NCBI GenBank assembly: GCA_951406725.2
Contig: OX597822.1
Span: 56,854,001 to 56,918,000 of the forward strand
Origin: Octopus vulgaris
Lineage: Eukaryota
DNA: 64,000 nt
Reading direction: 5' to 3'
In this document: piece after piece, positions 42,455 to 55,810 of the stretch
How positions within the stretch are numbered: the first letter of the stretch is position 1
How the letters are laid out: each line of letters opens with the position of its first letter
Translations under genes and position numbers: made by a program
The notes under the pieces: generated by a model
The model's input: only the letters and a program-made list of their open reading frames with translations
What the model was told of the DNA's origin: nothing
The model's database searches: none

Positions 42455-45400
42455 TGTTACTGAGAACCTCTTCTAATATGTGTCATTTGGTGAAGAATGG
42501 AATTTGATGTAGCTACCCTCATTTGCACCTCCTTTTGCCGTGAGGCAGATTCATCTGGGACTCTCGACAGGAAGAGGTCCAGCCTTGATTTAAAAACGCC
42601 TACATCTACTTTGTGCAGGCTCTTTGGGGGAATATTAAAAAGCTTTGGGTCCCTGAAACCCAGGATGTTGCAGTAACTGTTCCTGAAGCGTGTTGTGATT
42701 GCTGGGATATTTGGCACTATGTAGTGTCAACCCGTTCTGCATTGGTGTAGCTTTCAATGCCAAAATTTGGCACAATTCCTTCCAGCATCTTCCAGATGTA
42801 TATTACTGCATACCTCTCTCGCCTCCGCTCCAGGGAGTAGAGTCTTAGCTGTTTTAGCCTTTCCCAGTAGCTGAGCTGTTGCAATGAGACGATCTTCTTT
42901 GTGAAGCTTCTCTGGATCCCTTCAAGGTCCGCTGTTAATTTTACACTGGTGAGTGACCATAGCTAGGAGCAGTAATCCAGGTGGCTGAGGACGAAGGTCC
43001 TCTAGAGGACCATCATAGTTTCCTTATCTCTGGTTCTGAATGCTCTCAGGAGCCAGCCAGTCATCTGCACTTTGTCGCCATCCTGGTAATGTACACTTGG
43101 AAAGATGTATCACCACTCATATTGATATCCAAGTCCCTCACTGATTTAGGCTCTGGATTGTAATTCCATGTGGACCAGTGTACCCTGTAAGTTCCATATT
43201 CAGTTTTGGATGCTGATAGGGAAGGGCTTGGATTTTTTAGCATCAAACTGCATATTATTATCCTCAGCCCATCTGTAAATTGAATCCAAAAACTACTGCA
43301 GATGTGCAACATCTCTGGGGTTCTGTATTTTACGCGAGACTCTCGTATAGTCTGCCTAGCTAGCAAGGGTGGCTATCCGGGCAGTTGAGGGCATATCTGA
43401 GAGGGCCACTGTGAAAAGCAGTGGTCCCAAGTGGTCTGTGGAACACCGCTCACTATTTGTGTTTTCATTGAGGTGGCTCCATAGGCCACTACTGCCTGAC
43501 TTCTATCTTTCAGGAAGTCATGCAACCACTCTCCAAATTTTTCAGCTATGCCGAGATCTTGCAGTTTGTGGCATATCATCCCATGATCCACTTTATCAAA
43601 ATCTTTTGCAAAATCAAGGTATATTACGTCCAAATTTGAGTTGTTGAGTAACTGCCACAACACCCAGTCAAGAGCTCAGTCAGGCAGCTCCTACCTGGTC
43701 GAAAGCCATGGTAGGTATCACTCAGCAAGTTATTTTCCACAAGGAATGCGATTAGTTTCCCTCTGACTATCCGTTCCATGACTTTGCTGATGTGTAAAGT
43801 CAGAGATATAGGCCTATAGTTTTTGGTATCTGCTCTGCTTCACCCTTTATGGATTGGTCATATCATTCCCTCCTTCAGCTTACTTGGCAGCCTGCCATTC
43901 GCAAGAAAGCTCTGGAAGAGAATCTGGAGGGATTTTGCCAGGGCACGCTTACACGATTTGAGGAGGATTGCTAGGAAACAATCAGGACCAGCAGTTGAGT
44001 TTGCGTCCACCTCATCTAGGGCTAGTAGTAGATCTCCTTCGCTAATGTCGATGCATTCTATCGTAACTGCCTCGCTGGTTATAGGTGCGGCAGTAAAGAA
44101 GTTCACTGGTTCGTTCACTTGTTTGTGCTCCTACGGGGTGGTAAAGACACTTTTGAACTGGTCATTCAGTACCTCACTGACCCTGGTTGGAAGAGGTGTC
44201 CTATCTTGCAGCGTGCTGAGGCTGTTTCTTTCGCATAATGAAAGAAGGCCTTTAGGTTTGACTTAATGCTTTTTATAACCCAGGCTTCTTTGTCTGCTCT
44301 CCCCCTCACATGGGATTGTTGAAGGGTTTTTCAATCACCATCAGTGTTGTTTTTAGGCGGGACCTTTCGTTACTTTTGGGATATTGGTTGAGGCAATTAG
44401 CAACCTTCGTCTGTCGTCTCATGAGGATCTTCCTCTCCCTTGGAATCTTGTTCCTATTTGTTTTGGCTTTGTGCTCTGGGACATATTTCTGGCATAAGGC
44501 TTTCATAACAGACATGAAATATTCTAGTTTCATGTCAATGTCTGGTGTGGAGAGACATTTCGGCCAGTCCTGTCTGAGGATCTCTTTTTGGGTCGATTTC
44601 CAGTCCGCTTTGGAGAGATTTCGGGTGTTTCCGTTAGGCTGTATGTCTCTGGCTACTTTCAGCCCAAACATAGACAACTCTATTATGTTGTGATCCGAGA
44701 GTAATGTCGGCGTCACTTTCACATCATGAACAATATCCATATTATTTGTGAAGCAGAAATCCAAAATGTTATTCGCCCTAGTTGGTTTGAGTACAACTTG
44801 CTCCATTGATGGGGTTAAGCAAGGACTCCACCTGTGCTTGTTTGCAATAAGTCATTCCTGAGAGCATGAGGCCTTCGGGCCATTTGACATTGGGGAAGTT
44901 GAAATCACCCATAAGAAATACGCTCACGTCGTGTTCCAGTTTCATGAAGATTTCTTTAATTCTTGTGAGACAATCTTCAAACTTGCCTATGTTTGGAACA
45001 TCCGACAGGCAATATGTAATGCATATGATTATATTGTGTTGTCTTATGTATACAATTAGAGTGAATTTGAGTATGACGGTAAGACCTGGGATGTGAAGTC
45101 ATCACGGATGTATACAGCAACTCCACCATTGCTCCTTTCCCTTCTGTCTGTTCGCAATATGGTATATTTTGGTACGTGTACTTCTGCATCCTCTATATCA
45201 GGGCTGTGGTGAATTTCCGCGAGTGCGATGCATAGGGCTTGATTGCATGCAGTGAGATCTCTCAGGAAAGAAATTTTGCTTTTGTTTTGATGCAACAGGC
45301 TCGCTATATTTAGTAAAAATATTGGCGTGACGACTGTGCAGGCGTTTGGGAGGCCATCCAATGTCTGTTGACTGTGGTGGTCTTGCACAATGGTAGTAAA

Positions 45401-46640
45401 TATTCCTTGTTTGCACTTGATATAGCCAGGTTAGCTGCTGTACAATCTTTTGAGCCATGTACAAGAAACTCTTGCTCAGCTACTGCCTTGCGTATAACCT
45501 CTGAAGAGCGCACTTCCTTTGCTTATTTTTTCTTTGGAGATGATTGGTGTCTTTCCTCGGGGAAGATTTCTCCTTAAGGCCACTGTAGTTTTGGCGGGAT
45601 CTCAGTTGAGCAAACCCCATGCCAACATTTGCCTTGCAGGTAAAATTTGCAGGTCCTTGAGTCCCCTCCAGAGAAAGAGAAACAGAGTGAGTGAGGGGAA
45701 GGGAAGAGAAAGAAAGACAGAGTGAGGGAGAGAATGGGAATAGAAAAGGAGACAGAGTGAGGGAGAGACGGGAAAGGATGAAGGGTGTGAGGGAAAGGGA
45801 GAGACGAAGAAGAGGGGGAAATGAGAAGTATATGAGGGAGAGGGTGATGTAACAGGAGGAGAGGTAGATGTTGAGAGAGACAAATGAAGAGAAGCAGAAG
45901 TAAGAAAAAGAGGAAGATATGGAAGAGAGAGAGAAAGACGTAGGTGTAAAGAGAGAAAAAGAGAAGGAGAGAGAATCTGGAAGGGAGGAATATAGGTGAG
46001 GGAAAGAGGGAGGAGAGAGGAAGAGGTAGGTATGAAAAAAAGAAGGGAGGAGGTAACGAAAATGTGTCGGAAAACGAAAACAAAAATCTATAATTCTAAA
46101 TAAATAGAATTTTATTCTAAATAAAAGTGAAAAAAAGAAACGATAGTGAAAAGAAAGGGGTTTTGTAATGATTTCTATTTTTCAAATTGGATGTAAGCGA
46201 AGAGGTCGTCGTAAGAAAAGCTCAATGAAAAATTATAATGAGAGAGAGAAAAGGTTTCACCGTAAATTCTCAGAAAGTAAACAAACACTAAGTCTTAACT
46301 CAAATTTCCATCCGGTATTACCGAAGATAAAAGAAAATAAACAAACGAGAAGGATGCTTATTCGCAAGAGGTAAAATTTCAATCCTTTTTTCTTGTACGA
46401 AGAAGTTTATTTCAAAATCAATTCTTTTTTTCTCCTTACACGCGTGCGCAAATGAAGTACGATTTATCACCACGTGGTTTTATCAAGGATAAATTTAGCT
46501 TGCGTCACTGATTTTAATGTACTATATTAAACTTTTAGCGTAATATATTTTAACCGATTTATTATAGTAGACCGTTATGAAATAACAAATACTACTTTTT
46601 TGTCAGTTTTAGGAAATTTTTTCGTCGATTTAGGGAATCC
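42455..46640 (-). mobile_element. CR1-group LINE, near full length, decayed
   Basis: 5' region, CKFYLQGKCWHG zinc-finger-like piece, APE (IALAEIH, RTDR..R..GGVAVYI, MGDFNFP, PTRANNILD, SDHNII), RT (YLDFAKDFDKVDH, SGVPQ), C-terminus (KLFNIPP, FKSRLDLFL..VPDE). Confidence 0.9.
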
Positions 46641-47724
46641 CACTTATTGTGTATGAGGCATCAAACTCACTCATTCACTGAATGCCACATATCAGAGGTG
46701 GATTCGAATACTGCAGTGCCATGGTCAACAGTGGTACCCCAGCATTACTATATCTTTGAAGCTGAAGCAATCTAAACATTTTAAGATATATAAATATATA
46801 TATTTGTGTTTGTATGTGTGTGTACGTGTATCCGTGTGTTTCCGTATGTTTGTGTGCGTGTGTGTTCCTGCATGTGTGTATGTGTGTTTTATATGGCGAC
46901 TTTCTAATAACACGTGTATTATTTCGTTCAGAAACTCTCGTAGGAATCTGGAAATTGATTGAAGTAACCAAAATTAAATCCACTCTAAGTGAAATACTAT
47001 ATAGTAGAAAATTGATATATAACACAAAAAGAATCTTCTTCAAAAATACTGGTTTAAGTATTATATTTAATATTGTCGGCATTCCCATGTGTTTACTGGA
47101 ACTTAGAAAAAATATCCAAATCTACTTTCAAGCTTTCAATTACATGGTAACATTTGCTTTCGTAGAATATTAACTGGAACAAACATTTGTGTGCAGTTTT
47201 TGCTTAACTAATAATTGAAGTGTATCAACAGGCGAGACCTTGAGGTAAGCATAATTTATGTTGTTTACATGTACGGCATTATCGTGTGTGAGTTAAATAT
47301 AATTTAATTTGATATCTATTATTGTAAGCAAATAGGCTCCATTTTAATTTTCAGGCATAGCACAGTAATTTCACACGTTTTTCCTTGTTTCCACCATACT
47401 GAAAATATCTATGTATATATCTAACTGCACGACAGCAGCCACTTGGCTGAAACGAATAGAAAAAAAAATGTAATAAATGCGAAAAGTAATTTCTGTGTGT
47501 CAGTGTGTCACACTTCAACCCCTTTCTCACTATTCATTGACACTCCTGCTCATGTTGGGGTGAGGGCGGTGGCGGAGACAGACAGAGAGATAGAGAGAGA
47601 AACAGGAAAGAGAGAAAGAGAGACAGAAATTTAAGGAGAGTTGATGTGGGTACGTGAGAGAAAGAAGGACTGAACACTGAACTAACATGCTGAAGTAACA
47701 TACTGAACGAACGCACGCAGATAC

Positions 47725-47928
47725 AGTGCTGTCTGTACTTCCCATTAGTACATCAAACGCATTAGGAGTATCTCTACGGAACCACAACTTGCTATCGAAC
47801 TGGATGAAAGATTTCCTAGCAGTCAATATCACATTAATCTCCTCCCTGGAGAGGCCTGCCTTATTTTGTGCGTGCCATAGGGCCTTATTAAGTATAATAG
47901 GGTTGATTGAAGAATAGAAACTAGATAT
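47725..47928 (-). pseudogene. PLE reverse transcriptase fragment, inverted relative to the adjoining EN segment
   Basis: ISSFYSSINP..L.KAL, TARKSF, FDVLMGSTD motifs. Confidence 0.8.
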
Positions 47929-47974
47929 ATAGATATATAAAGTTACTATAGATATATAGATATATAGATATATA

Positions 47975-49640
47975 AAGTTACTCGTAATAGGAATAGTGAT
48001 TTCAATTCTAATAGTGCCAGCAACCCTGTACATAAAATAAATTCTTTACGGACTAGGGGAGGTAAGCGCCATTCAACCCCAAATTTCCAACCCAGAAATT
48101 TTCGCCTTACTTTCACAAATAACACTAAGTACAATTCAAAGGCCACAAAAAACTGTATCTGGTTCGTAATACCTTTCGGGAAACAAATTAAATCGAACCT
48201 TCCCTTGCAGTTCCGTGAAGTCGTTGCTAGGAACTTTCCCAGGAATTCTAGATAGCATTCTATTATGAATTCCCACATAGTTAGAATCGCTTTCTCTAAC
48301 ACTAGAAATCTTTCACAAATTATATCTTCTCACAATACCAAGCTGCTAAACAAAGATTCTTCACCCGGGAGTTCCAACACTAATCTTGCCAATTCCAACC
48401 CATCATACAATCATAATAATAGGAATAGTATTAGTAGTAATAGCATTGGTAGCAGCGATGGTGTTAACAATGATAATATTAATAATAGTATTAGTCGTGT
48501 TAATAACAATGATAATGTTGATGGTAATAACAGTAACGGTATTATTGTCGGTGGTATTACTGGTTGTATTGCCATTAATAATACTAATAATAATAGAAAT
48601 AGTGTAGTTGTTGGCACTAATAATAATAATAACAACAATCATAGCAATAAAAACTTCGTTTCGATCTCGGAGGACAACCCCAACAGAATTAAATTTTTGT
48701 CTAGTAATTCTAAGATTAAAAATTCTATTTACCAGTGTAGAATTTCTTCCTGTACCGATGTCTTCTTCCTTTTTGGAGCGTCCACTTCCCAGTTATCCAA
48801 GAGAATTTCAAACCATTATTCAACATTCAGGGATAGTAAAAAACGACATAGTACAGGGCTAAGTAAATTAGTTTGGCGTCTTAAAGACAACAATATAAAT
48901 TTCAAGTTAGATTGGTTCGTACTGTCTGTATCCTTTCCTTTTGATAAGGGCAGGAGATTTTGTAACATTTGCAACTCTGAACTCTTCCATATTCTCTTCT
49001 CTAAGGTTCCCCTTGTAAACACACTCATAGAAAAATCATACAAACGTAAACACTGGCAGAAACATACTTTCTACTCATATAAATGATAACGATAGTCACT
49101 GTGGTTTGAACAATTAGCTTTACGTCCACCCCACTTCTATAGAGAAATTCTTTCCTAAGCCTTCGAACATTCTTTCAATCAACGTACCCTTCCCTCTCCA
49201 CCTGTTCCCTACCTATTATTCCTTTAACCCTTCTCTTCCTACTATCTATCTTTGACGTCAATTCTTCTAACGGTTTTTTAAAAACACTCATTATCGTTTT
49301 GTTTACCATGTAGGCAGTCATCGAAATTTTTGTTTGTCTTGTTGTCGAGAGAGGCTCCCTTTCTTTCCTGATGAGAAGATTGCATAATGCACCCTTTATT
49401 CCTTTGGGATGAAACCATGTTGTCTTCGAAACATATGTCGAGAGTAAAGGAATTTTGTTAACATCTTCGTTCGACTCCATTCTTTCATTTATTCATATAC
49501 AACACACAAATTTCTGCACATGAACCCGGAGTTTCTATCCTTGGGCAGGTCGCTTCAACCATGTTTTTGACGTGAATTTGCTACCCTGGTTTCGGTTCAA
49601 CGAATTTTCCATGCTGACGATAAACATAGGATAATTCATT
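47975..49640 (+). mobile_element. Penelope-like 3' part: linker, Asn-rich tract, GIY-YIG (ORF 48265-49086), 3' UTR with hammerhead
   Basis: CIWFVIPFG, NFPRNSR, VRIAFSNTRNL, SIYQC...FLFGAST..KRISNHYSTF, LSKLVW.LK, CNICNSE. Confidence 0.87.
49363..49444 (+). ncRNA. Type I hammerhead ribozyme
   Basis: CTTTC-CTGATGA-GAAGA...TCTTC-GAAA-CATATG-TC-GAGAG; palindromic stem III, GUC triplet. Confidence 0.88.
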
Positions 49641-49642
49641 CA

Positions 49643-49676
<34 letters not shown>

Positions 49677-49699
49677 CATACATATATATATATATAAAT

Positions 49700-50872
49700 A
49701 TATATAGTAGTAACAGAAAAGAGGAATTTCGATTATCCCCATGTGGTGAGTTGTAATGTATATAAGAAATTAAAAAAGGAAAATACGCACACTTACATGG
49801 TTTTAATATGATTTTTAATATGTCGACCGGTTTCGCTATCGCTATCATGATATTATGTTTTACTTATTTGAATATATATTTTTTCTTAAGAAGAAATTTG
49901 GTCCATGTTGTGTGTGATGAAATTCACGAGTGAATGACTTCACATGTAGATAAATAAAGGGAGGTAATTGGTTGTCGTTATTATTGTTACTGTTGTGCGT
50001 AAGGGAATTAACTGTTCAGCTTTCGGTAATGGGTGGGGATTATATATGTGTACAGAGACAAGTTTCAAAAACAAACAGTATGGAGCATTTAATATGTTTC
50101 TGTAGCAATTTTTCCCAGTTTAACGCCAAAATTGATTGCATACCGAGCTTCCAAATTTTTCAATTATAGCTGTCTCGTTCAGTCTGGAACAACTCTACAG
50201 TGATGTAATCGTGAATTGAAATATGTAAAAAGATAAAAGTTGGTTATGCGTGCATATTAAAACGTGCTTTGTATTTTTCAAGGAAAAAAGTTTCTTTATT
50301 TAAACGTTCTAGTTGAGAGATTGCGTCTTTGCACTGGTAGAAAGGGAAGACTGTGAAATTTGGTTTGATGTTACCTGCACATTTTTTTATATGTTCACTG
50401 AGAGGAATTTGTCTGTATTGCGGGAAATGGATTTCATCCTTATGTAGAGTGGTTCTCTTTCTCAAGGTCATACTCGTTTGTCCAATATACTGGTGTCCAC
50501 AACCCGAGCAGGTTATTACATAAATTAGGCTCTCAGAGGCACAAGTGAAACTAGTTTTAATTGTGAATCTCTGTCCTTATTTGAAAAGGAAATCCGTGCC
50601 GTGAAGCAGGTTGGTGCAGGTCCCACAGTTTGGGCGTCCACATTTTTCAACCGTTGGTTTCGTGGTTGTTTTGTAAAGCTTCGCATTTGTTAGTAGTCTC
50701 TTTAGCGATTTGTTTTGTTTTTTGCATTTGATGAGTTTGTGTGTTTTCAGGATGAAGAGAAGATATTGTTTTGAATCAGTTGGTTTATAATAAATGTCAG
50801 TTATGATTTCATTGTTAATTTTTTTTATCATGATGTCTAAAAATGGGAGTTGTTCTTTGTTATATTCCAAAC
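49700..50872 (-). mobile_element. Penelope-like (Neptune-type, tentative) 3' fragment with internal deletion
   Basis: EQLPFLDI..TDIYYKPTDSKQYL (RT end), CGRPNCGTC, FTCASESLIYVITCSGCGHQYIGQT..LRKR..LH; decayed hammerhead-like GAAACCGGTC at ~49825-49834 (-). Confidence 0.88.
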
Positions 50873-50901
50873 TGTATATATGTATATATGTATATATGTG
50901 T

Positions 50902-51348
50902 GGAGGCGCAATGGCCCAGTGGTTAGGGCAGCGGACTCGCGGTCGTAGGATCGCGGTTTCGATTCCCAGACCGGGCATTGTAAGTGTTTATTGAGCGAAA
51001 ACAAGCTCCGGCAGTGGGGGGGGTGTACCCTGTTGTACTCTTTCGCCACAACTTTCTCTCACTCTTTCTTCCTGTTTCTGTTGTAACTGTATTTCAAAGG
51101 GCCATTCTTGTCACGCTGAATCTCTCCGAGAACTACGTTAAGGGTACATGTGTCTGTGGAGTGCTCAGCTACTTGCACGTTAATAAATGAGCTGTGACGT
51201 CACTGGTGCCAAGCTGCATCAGCCTTTGCCTTTCCTTTGGATAACATCGGTGGCGTGGAGAGGGGAGGCTGGTATGCGTGGGCGACTGGTATGCAAGGGT
51301 AACTTTCTAGGTGCAATTCCATGGTCATTCATGAACGAAGAGGGTCAC
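50902..51348 (+). mobile_element. tRNA-derived SINE, family C head with a different tail
   Basis: Head and body as 16881-17190, diverging after CACGTTAAT. Confidence 0.85.
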
Positions 51349-51418
51349 ATATATACATGTATAAATATACATATATACATATATATATATACATATACAT
51401 CTATATCTATACATATAC

Positions 51419-51463
<45 letters not shown>

Positions 51464-51487
51464 GGTTATATATATATATATATATAA

Positions 51488-52526
51488 ATGGTTTGCGTAA
51501 ACGAATGGCCCTGCACAGATCCCAGATAAAAATTCCCCAAAACAGAAAAATAGCTTTTAGCCAACACATAGATACTTGCGCCAACAAAAAAACACCAAAC
51601 TTCAGAATTTTCCCCCTCTACCAATTTAGGAACGATACAACCTCGAGACAACGAATAAGTAAAGAAAATCTCTTTATTACAAAATACAAGCCACTTCTTA
51701 ACGGGTCTACGACAAACAATTAATATACCTCAACTTTAGAATAAAAGAAAAAAATATATATACACACACAAATACTACACTCCATAGAATCCATTACTAA
51801 TCAGCCCCTTCATAGCTATATTTACACCCATTCATATTCTCCCTTCTCTGTTTTTTTCTTCTTCTTCTTCTTCCTCTTCTTCTTCATCATCATCGTTATC
51901 ATCATCATCGGCATCATCATCATCGCCACCATCATCACCACCATCTTCTCCTTCTCCTCCTTCTTCTTCTTCTTCATCATCATCGTTATCATCATCATCG
52001 TCGTCATAATCATCACCACCATCACCATCATCGTCATCTTCTCCTTCTCCTTCTTCTTCTTCTTCTTCTTCTTCTTCTTCTTCTTCTCCACCCCCTACCC
52101 CTTAAGTTTGTCACTAATGTTTTTTAGTATAACACCTACGCTAATTCTATAAACAAGCCTGTCAATATAAATATTCTCCTGAATTGAACTGAGACTGCCA
52201 GCCGCCACTGACCATTCAAAATACGACCATCAGGGCACTCCCAGATTCTCCCACCCCCTTTCCTCACCAGCCTTCCCTCTACTACCCTACCAAGAACTCA
52301 CAACTACCTCGAACACACAAGTGCAAACAAGGGAGTCAGAGAAAGGCAGAATGCCACTTAAATCTGAACACTACTATAGAAATATTCTTTTAAAAAAACT
52401 TTTCTTCTAATTTTTCTAAATTTAATTATTTAATCGTTACAGTTGAAAAGGTCTCAAAATGACCGAAACCGGTACTGAAATGTTCACTATAAAATTATTT
52501 TAGCATTTTCTATTTTTTACTTGTTT

Positions 52527-52530
<4 letters not shown>
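51488..52530 (+). mobile_element. Penelope-like 3' end (GIY-YIG C-terminus plus 3' UTR), (TA)n-flanked
   Basis: LRKRMALH...SQHID.C...F.IFP.YQ...R..KE..FI.KYKP.LN; (TTC/ATC)n tract 51855-52088; hammerhead-like motif 52440-52477. Confidence 0.85.
52440..52477 (+). ncRNA. Hammerhead-like motif, variant or decayed core
   Basis: CAG-TTGAAAA-GGTC TCAAAAT GACC-GAAA-CCGG-TA-CTG. Confidence 0.55.
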
Positions 52531-52574
<44 letters not shown>

Positions 52575-52610
52575 ATTATATGTATATTATATATATATAT
52601 ATATATATAT

Positions 52611-53520
52611 GACAAACTAATCTCCTGAACTTCCTCAAAACCTCTACAAAGTAATCTTTGTTGACCGTCTAGCCAGAGGGAACCCAGTGGATACAGATGA
52701 TGCCATTGATGTCGAAACAAGGGATCATCCTGAGCTTCCGAATTATTTTCTTTGACCTTCTTAGGATTGGATGGGTGAGAATGTTTCCATTAGACATTCT
52801 GTCTCTTTGTCTCTGGATCATAACAGTAAATCCAGCTCTCGTCAGAGGTCACCAGAGACTCAAGTACACTTGGACTGGGGGCTATGAAATCAACCATGTC
52901 CCTGCTGCTACCAACGCGTCTTTCCTTCAGTTCGTCAATGAGAAAGGTTTGCACACAGTTAGCGCATGTTCAGGTTTTCACGAATAATTCTCTGTACAGT
53001 TGCCAAACCAATTCCAAACTTATGCTTGTTGTCTTTGAAGACACACAGCAGTCTTCACTCAGAAAATTGCGAATTTTCTCACTCAGCTTTGATATTTCGA
53101 TGTCCTTCTCCCTCTCATGCTTCCCATCGTCTAACTTTCATTTTACTGTTCTTGAGCCCCTTGTGCTAGCGAAAAACAGATGATCGACTTATACAGTTAA
53201 TTAACAAACAGTATGGAGCATTTAATATGTTTCTGTAGCAATTTTGCCCAGTTTAACACCAAAATTGATTGCATACCGAGCTTCCAAATTGTCTTCACGT
53301 CTCGACTGCAATCTGCAAACTATTCAACTGCGAAAAGTAGCTTTGTAGGACATGTACAAATTTTTCAATTATAGCTGTCTCGTTCAGTCTGCAACAACTA
53401 AAGTTGGGAGGTCAGTTTATTAGATGCATAGTAATGATATCCTAAAATTATAATAATCTAACACAGTTATGACCACCTCCCCTAAAAAAAAGACTCAATG
53501 CTTCTGGAATGCACCTTGTC
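52611..53520 (-). mobile_element. mariner element, 5' part, decayed
   Basis: LVTSDESWIYCYDPETKRQ, FDINGII..HWVP.G.TVNKDY; TIR-like ACAAGGTGCATTCCAGAAG at ~53520 (-). Confidence 0.85.
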
Positions 53521-54661
53521 AATGTATTTATGTATTTACGTACGTAATATTTATGTTTAATTATATTTCTTTACCCACTACATTTCATAAGACTTTCAAA
53601 AAAAACTATATTCGTAAACCACCAGATCGAATTCGGTACCATCTTTTCTGATTGTTCTCGAAGACACTTTGTTTCTTAATTAGCCACAAGGGACCAAAAA
53701 TAGAGGGGGGGAAAACAAGGACAGACAGAACACCACAGAGGGGACAATACATAAAACGAATAAGAATGAGATGATTATATAACAATGAGGTTATGCGCCC
53801 CTCATCACATGCAGTACCAATAATATTTTTTACAGTCCATTTTTATCATGCATTTACATAATTAATTATCGTGTTACATACCATTGAAAGTATTTGAACC
53901 GTTGTATACATTCTCTACAATTGTTCATTATTTTTAAATCATAACATAAACCACTTTACTCTTTATCTTTTTCCTTTTTTTCTCCTTTTTCTTTTTTCTT
54001 TTCTTTTTTCCTGTCAATTTAACATACATATTTTCTTTTTAGTAGTATTTCATGAATGGAGGACACTTAAACTTCCTACAAAAAAACTTTCTTAGTTGCT
54101 ATAGAGTTAACTTAAAACATAGTTTGATAACATAATCTCATTGTTGTATTTTATCTTGTCTTAGCAACATATCTTGTCTTAGCAAAGTATTTAAAATTTA
54201 ATTTTCAAATCTCCCTGCTTTATTTTCTAAATCTTTATTTCTTAAACACTTTCTAACTCCTAAAAGTTTTTAATTCCAAACTGAGGTGCATCCTTTCTAT
54301 TTGACATGTGTTTTGAAGTATTGTATTTCTGAACACACTAAGATTGCTTTGTTATGCTAAAATAATTTAGATGCACATTTCATTTTGTAAATTATTTTAC
54401 TTCAAATATGACTTCTGAATAAATGTGGTTTTGACATTCTTAAATACGTTCTAATTCATAACTATAATATGAATAATTCTGAAGTACTTAGCGCAATAAT
54501 TTGTATTATTGATAAGTTAACGATTATAAATGAAACTGCTTCTAGAAATGTACATAAAATAAGTCATTATTTCTTATATCTACCGGCTAATACTCTTTTT
54601 CATATAATGAATTACATATAAAAATGTAAAACAAATCTGCTAGATATGTATATGACTGCTT

Positions 54662-54849
54662 CGTAGGCATGGCTGTGTGATTAGAAGATCGTTTCCCAAA
54701 CACAGGGTTTCGGTTCAGTCCCACTGCATAGGACTTTGGGCAAACGTCTTCTACTATAACTTCTGGCCGGCAAAGCCTTGTGAGTGGATTTCGTCGATAG
54801 AAACCGAAAAAACGCTCGTCCTTTATATGTATATATTTATATGTTTGTC

Positions 54850-54908
<59 letters not shown>

Positions 54909-55052
54909 GTGTTACATCCCTGTAAGCTAGAGACTCGGCAAAAATTGATAGATAGAATAAGTATCAGGATTTAAAATATGTACTGGGGTCGATTTGTTAG
55001 ACTAAACCTTTGAAGGTGGTGCCTCAGTATAACCGCAGTCCAATGACTGAAA
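54662..55052 (+). mobile_element. tRNA-derived SINE, family A, followed by (GATA)n
   Basis: Homology to 14160-14612. Confidence 0.85.
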
Positions 55053-55053
55053 C

Positions 55054-55132
<79 letters not shown>

Positions 55133-55728
55133 TAAAGCGGAATCCTATTTATGTGGAAGTATGCATTGCAGTAAAGTCTGTTAAATGGATTCAAGATGGG
55201 TAATAATAAATGAATTCAGAGATAAATTACAATAGGCCGCGAGGAAACATCTATTACAAGTGCAGAAATTGTATAAAGTAAATTGATAAGACATTTCAAG
55301 TGTTAAAACATTATAAGTGTTCATCAAAATGTGGAATAGAGGTTAAAGAAAAACACGAATACAGTGTCACAATCATTCTGGCTACTTCTATTCAGAGGTT
55401 GGTATAAAGGTTATGCCTAACTTCAAAGATTTTGGCTTGAAATCCGTTCAGACTGCAACTTGAAAATCAAACTGTTTTCACGCCAAGGACCCTGGTCGCT
55501 CGTAGCAAGAACTCGCCTCTGGGGACCTAACGAGGAATAACCTCCCATTTTATAACTGACGAAAAGACACCAGGCCAGTCACCACGTTAAAGATGTGGCC
55601 GGTATAAGTACAGCTCAATGGATCCGACCATCACGTGGTGAACCAAAATGGGCAGCAAAAAGTAAAAAGCTACAATGTGGGCAGATAAAGTTCGCAAGCA
55701 CTTATACTGCTGAGACAGACAGACAGAC

Positions 55729-55784
<56 letters not shown>

Positions 55785-55810
55785 GTAGGTAGATCGATAG
55801 ATAGATAGAT

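Noticed and set aside
50244-51723. Head-to-head GIY-YIG fragments as another single inverted duplication
   Set aside because: The proteins are related but clearly different, so these are two independent insertions around a TA-rich site
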